Shown here piece after piece: positions 10,286-19,248 of a stretch of 64,000 bases of DNA. The position numbers and the translations under genes were made by a program. The first letter of the stretch is position 1, and each line of letters starts with the position of its first letter. Below the pieces are notes generated by a model, which was not told the DNA's origin, ran no database searches, and worked only from the letters and a program-made list of their open reading frames with translations. Source of the stretch: Podarcis liolepis (lineage: Eukaryota); assembly GCA_965112155.1 (NCBI GenBank), contig OZ218104.1; one strand, written 5' to 3'.

Positions 10286-11537
10286 CCACTACCTTTCATT
10301 CTCTCCCATGTTCAGCTCCAACTAGCCAGTAGCTGCAGCCTGTCTGTTGTGCATTTGAGCCCTGCAGTCAGCCTCTTGGGTGCTCTGCACCAAACAATAT
10401 GGCATATGAAACAATATGGCAGACTCTGGTGGTAGTGGGAAAAGACAGAGGATTCTGACAATGACCCTGCCTCTTGGTATTTTAGAGAAGGGTGTTCTGT
10501 GGGACAGAGAAGGTGCAGTTCCTTTCCTCCATATTGTGGTAAGATGATGATCAGCTGGGCTTTCACAATACTCTGCAAAATGACAGTTGTTCACTAGTTG
10601 CTCTTCATGGCAGTGTCTCAGCTGCTGTGTAAAGCATAACTCATACTTGGTTACTTACAGAATAAGAAGACTCTACTTTCCTTCACCACTGGTGGGATGG
10701 GCTCCATGTACACCCCTGAAGGCATCAATGGGGACATCAACATCCTTCTTTGGCCAATACAGGTAACAAGGCAACATTTATTGTCAAACCCATAGCTATT
10801 TCTAAGAGTTTTAAAATTATTATTAAAAGGTGTAATACTTAAGTAGATGGTGTAAGCTTCTGCCTTACACAGAATTCTTACAGGTTCCTGTACTTGTCTG
10901 GTTTGAGAACCTTTGTGTAATCCAGAGGGTTACAATCCTGCATTCCAACCAATTGGCGAGATGACTGTTTTTTCAAGAGCTGTAGTTTACTGAATCCTAG
11001 CAGAAAGCCCACATCCCTTGTGTGCAAAGTTGTAGACAAATTTTAGGTTTTTAAAACGAGTAAAAATGTCATAGCAGACATTTAGTATGGTAACAAAAAC
11101 ACATATTGTACTGGAAATGTCACTATAGAGCTCTTTATTATTGGTCCTGAACTTGTTCTAATTACATTCCTCCTGCACTATTTGAATATGTATTTGATTT
11201 GCAAATGTTCTTTCTTCCTACTCCCCAGAGTGGCACTCTCCATTTCTGTGGTTTCCAAGTCTTAGCACCCCAGATCGCTTTCAGTATTGGCCATACACCA
11301 CCAGAGGCCCGCTCCCAAATCCTGGAGACGTGGAAGAAGAGATTGGCCACTATCTGGGAGGAAACGCCCCTCAGCTTTGCCCCAAGCAACAACTTTGATT
11401 TGAGCTTTGCTGGGGGCTTTCTTCTGAAGAAAGAGGTCCAGGAACAGCAAGAAGATAAAAAATATGGGCTGACAACTGGCCAGCATATGGGAAAGCCACT
11501 CCTGCCTGATAATCAAGTCAAAGCCCAGCAGAAATAA
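8539..11537 (+). CDS. NQO1: NAD(P)H:quinone oxidoreductase 1, complete, 275 aa; join(8539..8545,8960..9124,9367..9497,10100..10213,10661..10762,11229..11537)
   Basis: Exons of 7/165/131/114/102/309 nt, all GT-AG. Motifs [40 protein letters not shown], and the NQO1-type C-terminal extension that NQO2 lacks. Lies between NOB1 and NFAT5. Confidence 0.97.
8960..9124 (+). CDS. NQO1: NQO1 exon 2
   Basis: ttgcag|[54 protein letters not shown]|gtacat. Confidence 0.96.
9367..9497 (+). CDS. NQO1: NQO1 exon 3
   Basis: cctcag|[43 protein letters not shown]|gtggtt. Confidence 0.96.
10100..10213 (+). CDS. NQO1: NQO1 exon 4
   Basis: ttgcag|[38 protein letters not shown]|gtaggt. Confidence 0.96.
10250..10283. 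repeat. (CTG)n trinucleotide repeat in NQO1 intron 4
   Basis: About 11 units starting about 37 nt after the exon 4 donor. Confidence 0.9.
10661..10762 (+). CDS. NQO1: NQO1 exon 5
   Basis: ttacag|[34 protein letters not shown]|gtaaca; absent from the ORF track, translated by hand. Confidence 0.95.
11229..11537 (+). CDS. NQO1: NQO1 exon 6, coding part
   Basis: ccccag|[15 protein letters not shown]...[18 protein letters not shown]. Confidence 0.96.
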   Translation, partial: SGTLHFCGFQVLAPQIAFSIGHTPPEARSQILETWKKRLATIWEETPLSFAPSNNFDLSFAGGFLLKKEVQEQQEDKKYGLTTGQHMGKPLLPDNQVKAQQK

Positions 11538-12067
11538 CAAATTCTGTTGGTAAATTGGGACAAAAAAAGGCCTTTCTGTAGTAATGCTAGCAGTAAAAGT
11601 TTCCTACTTTCACTTTCTCTGGGTTCATAGGGTCCCTGTAGGGCAGACCTTTCCCATACCGGCGCCCTTCTGCTGTGTTTGATTCCAGTCCCATCAGCCC
11701 AACAGGTATGATGGGAGTTGAAACCCAAACTACCTGGGAGCACGCCAGATGGGAAAGCTGGTTGGGCACTCTACCATTAAAAACAGTTAGTTCTTACCTT
11801 GTGTATGTAATGCAAGGCATATACTCCACAATGGAGCCTGCATTATTACTGTTCTGCTTTTTGCAGCATTGAGATCCTAGCCTATAATCCACAGGTGGGC
11901 AACCACCAGCCTTTCACATTCCTCTTTGCAGTCCCCACCTCAGCAAAGAGTACCACCATACTGCCTTGAGCAACAGAAGAGTTGGCAGGATGGTCCAACC
12001 CCAGAGCAAAGTACTTAGAGCTTGGGTCTTGCACTTCTCCAAGTGCATATGCCTGGAGAGCATCATA

Positions 12068-12185
12068 GGTTGTATCCAATGTTAGTGCTACTTGGAGCAG
12101 ACCCATTGAAAGTAAAAGGCATATCTAACTTAGGCACACTAATTTCAATGCATCTACACAGAGTAGAATGTAGTTGTATAGAACT
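12068..12185. mobile_element. Short palindromic MITE-like repeat in the probable NQO1 3' UTR
   Basis: ggttgtatccaa...ccattgaaa...tttcaatg...gttgtatagaac; related copies at 59713-59820 and 60545-60640. Confidence 0.55.
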
Positions 12186-12775
12186 GTATGGGTCTACCTG
12201 GCTGCTTTTTGTCAGCTCTTCCATTTCTTGTCATAGTAGCCTCAAGGTAGTGGGGGTGGGTGGGTGGAGTACATTGTCTTTACTTCATTAGCAACCACCA
12301 ATCCACAATGGATAAAACAAGCTACTTGGCAGTCAATACCACTTGCACCAGACTTGAGCTGCCAGAGGAGAGGTGCAGTGGCAATCTGTCTGAAGACAAA
12401 ACAAGCCACAGATGCAGCTGAAAAGAGGGCAGCTGGGAAGAGTGGTGAAGACAACTGGGCTCCCACCTTCTCCAGCTGGAATCAGCCACAGCACAGGAAG
12501 GCAGGGGTAGAGTTCCCTGGCAATAAATGGTGCTCCAGGGGGTGGGGGTGGGTGGGAAAAAGTGTAATTAACTGGCGGGGAAGGTGAAGGGTTGCTTTAA
12601 ATCCTCTTAGTTTACTTGCTGGTAGTAGGGATTAATACTTCTTGAGATTTTTGTACTTTGGTAATAACTTTCACATGTACTAACAACAAAGCCAGGTGTT
12701 GCCTCTATTGGTCAGGTTTGTTAGAATGTCATGTAGATTTATACAAGTCTCTCTTGCACCAGCAGAGAAATTTAG

Positions 12776-12781
12776 AATAAA
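12776..12781 (+). terminator. Probable NQO1 polyadenylation signal
   Basis: AATAAA after several TGTA motifs; an alternative AATAAA lies at 12522-12527. Confidence 0.55.
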
Positions 12782-13146
12782 ATACTTTAAACCCTTCTCC
12801 TGCAGCTGTCTATTGAGTCAAGGGCCACATTTTGTGCTAGGCATTTATACAGTTTGAACCTATTACACCTGTTGGATTCTCTCATGACAGCACTGCTCAG
12901 AGGGGAGGGGTGCCTGTTTGTGTCTCCATGAGAGGTGGTGAAGGGAGAAGCCTAAGTCTGCTGCTGCTCTACTGTACACAGTAATATGGGACAAGCCAGC
13001 CCAGACATGGTGGGTTCTGCAAAGGAGGTATTTACACAAAGAAGGTTCTACCTTCCCATCAGTCCAGTGAAGGGACACCCCTCTCCACCTGATCCATATC
13101 CGCTGGTGGTGGCTTGCTTATTGGCCATAGAGCAAAAAGGGATGTA

Positions 13147-13285
13147 TAGAATTGTAGGGTTGGAAGGGACCCTGAGGATCATCTAGTCCAAACCCCCTGC
13201 AATGCTGGAATATGCAGCTGCCTCATATGGGGATCAAACCTGCAAGCCTGGTTTTACCAGCATCATGCCCTAACCAACTGAGCTA
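13147..13285 (-). mobile_element. SINE with tRNA-Ile-like head and CR1 3' tail
   Basis: Minus strand reads tagctcagttggttagggcatgatgctg...gcaggtttgatcccc, then ggactagatgatcctcagggtcccttccaaccctacaattcta. Confidence 0.75.
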
Positions 13286-13425
13286 TCATTAGTAAACTTC
13301 TAGCCAGTGTGCGCAGGGCTCAGCAGACAACACACTAGCCTTGCACTTCAGGACCAAGTGACTCCAAGATACTGAAAAGAATGGAGCACAGTAGCAATAC
13401 ACTGCAAAATGAAAACTTTCAAAGT

Positions 13426-13431
13426 TTTATT
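13426..13431 (-). terminator. Probable distal NFAT5 polyadenylation signal
   Basis: AATAAA on the minus strand, with TGTA motifs upstream and U/GU-rich sequence downstream. Confidence 0.65.
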
Positions 13432-16400
13432 CTTGACTGCAGCTGTGTACAGAAATATAGTTGCAAGTATACAAATGTCCCAATAGAAGCAAAATATCTC
13501 TCTCTTAATATTCAACAAGTTATCACAGGATAGCTAAAAACAAATGCAAATGAGTCCCCCCCGCCCCCTCCAATAGAATAAACAAAACCATTATCAGTGC
13601 TCTGAGAAACCCACCTACACAAGCCAGGGACACAAAATGCACAAGGGGCCATCTGAGGCTACATTCACATTGCAGGATATTGGAAAAGGCTGCTTGGTGG
13701 CTGGCTGGTCTTGAATGCTGTTCTAAGCGAGCATGGCAAGAAAGGGGAGGGGGAGGGAGTGTGTTAGGACTGCAGCGATATTAACAGGCCTAGCTCTGGG
13801 AGAAAACCTTCATTAGTTGCACACAAATTGCTGTTGGGACAGATGGGTGCAACAAGATTCTTGGTCTCAGCAGGTCCAAGCCCACACTGTTCAGAACAAA
13901 ACCTTGCCCTGTCCAAATGGGACTTCATTCCAAACAAGTTGGACTCCATGGGCCACAGCCCCAATACAAAAGCTGCTGAAAAGAGGAAACAATGGACCCC
14001 AGATGACAGCCAAGCTACCTAAGGGCTTAAGGATCAAAGTGGCAGTGGTGGCAGGGACTGAAAAAAAACTGCAGTGGTGGCAGCAGCAGCATCCACATGG
14101 GCCATGTCTGGTGCAGAGGTCAGGGTTACACTCAAAAGTTGTTTCAATGCAGGAAATCCTCTGCTATGAGCTCAAACAAGAGACCACCATTTTCTGAAGC
14201 AGTCACAAGCAGCCTGGACTGTCAAGAAGTTCTTCCTAACATTTAGTTTAAATCCTTTTTCTTGCAAAATGGACCTATTGGTTAACACTGAAGCCCTGGA
14301 GAAAACAACAAAAAATTTGCTCCCATGATCAAGAGTGACAGCCTCTCAAATACTTAGTGATGGTTATCAAATCTTCTCTTCGTTGTTTCTTGTGCAGCCT
14401 AAATATACCTAGTCCTTTCAACCTTTTCAAATGGGACGTGGCTATGACCAAGTTGCTCATTGCCAGGGTGGGCAAGACCAAATGAGGTACTTCCTGGCCT
14501 TTCAGGCTCTGCTCTGATGCAGTGTGCTAGAGGATTACTCAGGATAAGACACAAACACTTTCCTAGGCATGTTTGGAGTGGTGCACAAGAGGAGGAAGGA
14601 AAGCAAGTCAGGGATGCCTGAAAGGACAGCTCTCTCTTGACCATTAATATGCAGGGAGGGACCTGAAACCACAAGGGCTTTTATAGTTCTACAAAATCTG
14701 ATTCCCAATGTGGCTTTATCCAGAGTGTTTGAGGAGGGAGTTGCACATAAAAATGATTGCTTCCTGTAGTTTGAAGCCCTTTGTGGTGGAAAGGCTCAGT
14801 TGGATTCTTGTGGACTGATGCAGAGGGTAAAATGAATGGGGACAACATGAGCTCCAAATGCCATGTGGGGATCAAGAACACACAGGAAGCAAGATGCACC
14901 TTGCAAGGCTCCTGAGGTCCCATCTCCATGAAACTCTAGAATGCAGGCCCCGCAAAACAAACAAAAAGGGTGTAGGAAAGTGCAGCACCAGCCAGCCACT
15001 GAGCAGACCTTTGTTCCAAAGACATACTTTTTTGTAACCAAATCACGTTAAAAATGTTGCACATTTAAATATTGACCTAAAATGGACCAAGAAAAAATAG
15101 AAATAAACCAACCCAAAAACCCATGTACATCACCGTTTTGAACAGAGCAGCAGCAGGAGCCCTTTTAACAAACAGAACGCAGATGCCTGTGTTGTATGGC
15201 TGGAGTAATGTGGGGAGAAGTGACAAGAGGCAGCTCTGAGCAGGGAACTTGGTTCAATAGAGGATTGGTCCCTGGTGACTTAGTACTGTCCTCCGAGGAC
15301 AGTCCTGATGCCACCGAAGTGAACAAGACACAGCAGCGTACAAGTCAACCTGCTCCTATTCAACCCTCTCCACACACTTCTTCCCCATAAAGCTCCTGCC
15401 ATGGCCTGGGACTAAGTGCCTCTTCCAGAAGACACAGGCAGTCCCAGGCCCAACTGCAGGATCTCCAGAAGTGAAAGCAAAAGCCGCTGGCTTGGTACAT
15501 CCCTTTCTGCCTCCTCGTTCATAGTTAGGCACATGGCTGCTCCTTCCCATCCTCAATACTCTTTCAGCAAATAAAAGAAACATAACATTGTAAGTGAAGC
15601 AAGCTCAATGCAGCTACAGACATCATGAAATGAGGAAAGAAGGTTCCAATTGTGAATTTGTAGTGTTGTTATAAATTAAAAAGCTAGCAATAAAATATTA
15701 GACATTAACCATGAGTGAACAGCTGAATGGCTCATGTCAAGGGACTCCCATGCAAAGGAAGATGCACATGTGTCACCTCTGCAGTGAAGCTGCCCTCACA
15801 GCCAATCAGCACAGAGGCTGCCTGATTATATGAACGGCCAGAGATGAACCAATCACATCTGCTGCAAGAAGTACTCAAATACTTTGTGAAGACTTAACAA
15901 CAACCCCCCTTCCCCTGGTTCCTAGATGCCATGTTGTGGGAAAACAGACAACAAAACTCACACATTTACCACAAAAATCTGTGGCAAAAAGAATATATGT
16001 GTGTGAATATATGTATATGTATATATATATTTATATATATATATATTATTTATGCCAATGTACTCACTCAGTACAAATAGCAAAATAGTTTATCATTTTC
16101 TAAATACAAAATAGAGCTTTCCAAAAAAATGAAACACACATTAGATATAAACCATCCAAAACCTGAACGATTGAAAACTGTATTCAAAATTAAATGACCT
16201 AGAGCAGGTCTCTTTCTGAAAAGTTCTCTTCATATCGGCAAAATAGCCTGTACTACTGAAAACATAACTCAAGCCTCTCAAAGAGAGACGGACAAACAGA
16301 ACGTATCACTGACTGCAAACATCAGAGACGGACTGGCATTTAACAGGACAACAACAATAACAAAAAACAAGCACAACTCTACATAGCTCAAGGTGGAGCA

Positions 16401-16785
16401 CAAGTTAGAAAAAACACACAAGGGGTAGCCTAAAAAACCAGGTACAAGCTAAATTCTTCTCTACACAAAAGTAACAAAAATGAACACCAATGCTTACTAA
16501 AAAACACAACTCCCCAATGCCAACAAGAGTCACACACAACAGCTGTTGGGTGACAGACACCACGCACAGCATTTGATGTGCAGGAAAGGAGGAGAGGGAA
16601 ATAAAAATCCAGAAGAGGGAAACTGTAGCTATCCCTGGAGAGCACCTGAAATTGAGTTTGCCCCTTGGTGCTGACAGCACACAAGAGCATCTGCCTTTTA
16701 AGCCAAAATGGATGCAAATTCATCACCAGCATTTGCATTTTGAAAGAGTGACGTTACTTGTCTCGTATGAGCTAAAGGAGCTATG

Positions 16786-16970
16786 TAAGAACATAAGTAA
16801 AGCCTACTGGATCAGTTCAATGGCCCATCTAGTCCAGCATCATGTTCTTACAGTGGCCAACCAGATACCTAGTCCACAAGCAGGACCTAGGTGCAATAGT
16901 ACTCTGCGCACCTGCAATTCTCAGCAACTGGTATACAGAGGCACCCCTTCAAGCCCCGAGGGGAAGCTGC
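16786..16970 (-). mobile_element. CR1 3' tail fragment within the NFAT5 3' UTR
   Basis: taagaacataag...ctggatcag...ggcccatctagtccagcatc is an inverted CR1 terminus. Confidence 0.65.
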
Positions 16971-19015
16971 CAAATCCTCCTCCCCGCATGTGAGTTTAAA
17001 TTTAAGACTTCAAACCTGCACCAATTAGAAAAGGGGTGGAGGAGCAGAAACCAGCATGCCCAAAAATATTCTCTCACCCCTCCTCTACAGACCAAGGAGG
17101 TATCAGCCAGCTTGGTCATTCCAGCCCCACTACAATGGACCTTCTGGTCTCCAAAAAACCTAATTCAGATTTGTACAGGTTGGAGCATATTTCACACAAG
17201 AGGAAAGAGACAGAAAAGGGATTAAGAGGAACAAAATTCAGCTTATGGCCTATCAAGGCAGGACTCAAGAGGGGGTCTATTGCTCAGCATAGCAAACTGC
17301 CCCCTTGTGAAAGGGGAGATGGGCAGAGCACCAGAGGCTCAGAAAAGTCCCTGTTTGAGCAGCCAATCTTCCAGCCTCCCAGGAAGCTGTAGTCACATTC
17401 TTGGATATCACCCACTCCCCGCCCCTCGTGGCTTTAGGGGACTCTCTGCCAGTTTATGCCACCTTCCTAGGTGCTAATTCACAGCTTTCTCCATACTGCT
17501 ATGAAGCTGACAGCAGCTTCCGTTTAACAAAGAGTCACTAATTCACACTGGTATGTTCAACACTTGGTAACTGCACCATTAAGCAATGACTGGCATGAGT
17601 GAAATGCACAATTGAGGACTGAACACTTGAATCACCTTCACCTCCCGCAAGCAACATTTTTCACTGGAAACCATTTACACCTGCAAATCAAGTGATTGAG
17701 TCTTCAAGTGATGAGCACAAATGTGTGAATCAACCATTTGTATATCCCAGTTATTTTAGGACACATATCCCTGTGTGCTTTGCAGCCTGTTCCAAGAGCT
17801 GTGAAGAAGAGCTGAAAGAGAGGAGCAGACACAGTCTCAGGTTCTTTCAGTGCCAAGCTGCAATGATAAATGAGCAGCTGCACTCTGCATCCCCACAGCT
17901 GGACTAGAGATGGGGGCAACTGTCCAAAGTAGAGCCTCTTTCGCCTCTTCCAGCTTCAAGAAGTCTCTCTCTGATGCTCTCACTCAGCAGCCGTTTCTCA
18001 TCAGGCTTAGCATGGGTACTCTTCCAAAGTGATGGTGAAGACTACATTTCCCCTTGGGTCCAAGGCCGCACTTTGACACAGGAAATTTAACTCCAAACAT
18101 CCCAAATTCCAGAGTCACAAGAACGAAAGTCTTGCAAATCTGCTTGTCCATTACAGGATTTCTGAAGTTACAAGCTAAAAGAACACACAAAGACAAAAGT
18201 TAAGCATAGTAAGAGCCTCATTCTTTCCCCCTAAAGCACTCTAATTAAACAGCATCCAACAGCTGGTTATTTCCCTCTATGCTGAAGTTACCAATGATGG
18301 CTTCTTTGAATGTAATATTACTGCCACCCATCAGTGAAATCTGACTGGGACTTGAAGAGGGGATGTATACTATGGAGTTGGAGTGTGAGAGAGCCCCTCC
18401 TAGCATTATGGCTTGGGGAGGGCCATGTGCTGCTGAGCTCTCTCTTGTAACTGCACCAGCAGCACAGAACTTGGTAGGATTTAACATCCTAAAATAATAA
18501 GATTTAATGCTTTTGTAAAGAAAGCTCCTAGAGCGCTAATGGCTGAAAGCATTGTTGCAGACAAGTGGATGACACTTTTATGTCTCAAGAGGCAGAGCAA
18601 GGATTCCAATCACTGCCAGTAGAAAAAGGATTATGTAAAAGCCCCTGTTTCCTTTGTAGAATTTATTCAGGCCAGAAAAATAAGGCTTTATTTCTGTGTG
18701 GAGTAAACACAGCTGACCATGCTGCCTTGGAACTGCATATTTCAGCCTTGAGCTGAAGTCAAGGCAAACGACCCCATATCCACCCTGGGATTTCTGAGCC
18801 ATGGTAATCAAGTTCAGTGAGGCCACTGCAAGTGTCCTAAGGGCCAGGAGAATGAGGGCTGTGAAGCTCTATTTACTCTCAAGACAGGCACTAATTCTAT
18901 TATCATTCTGGGGAAGCAGCAGAAAAGACAGACTTTTATTAGCTGCAAGAAATAAGAAGAGAACATGCTGGCTTGGCTACAGTCTTTGACTCCCATCTCC
19001 AACTCACCTGGACAG

Positions 19016-19248
19016 TTAGAAGGAGCCAGCCATGTTGTTGTTCCCCTGGTTTTGTAGAGACACTAGCAGGTCATCAATCTTCTTCATATTCTGATTGGTG
19101 GTCATAGCAGAAGGCAGCTGGGGGCTTTCAGACATCTGCTGGGATAGTAGAGTTGTGACTGATGACTGTGCTTCACCCTGTGGCTGGCTTATTGTGATCA
19201 TCTGATCTGACATTGAAGTGGGTCCAGATGTTAAGAGCTGGCCACAGT
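19016..19248 (-). CDS. NFAT5: NFAT5 last coding exon (exon continues to the donor at 19008)
   Basis: CGQLLTSGP...[26 protein letters not shown]. Confidence 0.95.

Larger units (their letters stand above)
13405..18174 (-). other. NFAT5: NFAT5 terminal non-coding exon (long 3' UTR)
   Basis: Acceptor cttaac-ttttgtctttgtgtgttcttttag| at 18175-18176 with branch point and pyrimidine tract; the 3' end is inferred from the polyA signal. Confidence 0.6.

Noticed and set aside
18245-18487. 80-aa ORF after an acceptor-like site downstream of the NFAT5 stop
   Set aside because: Lies after the stop codon and has no recognisable similarity; not supportable as coding.
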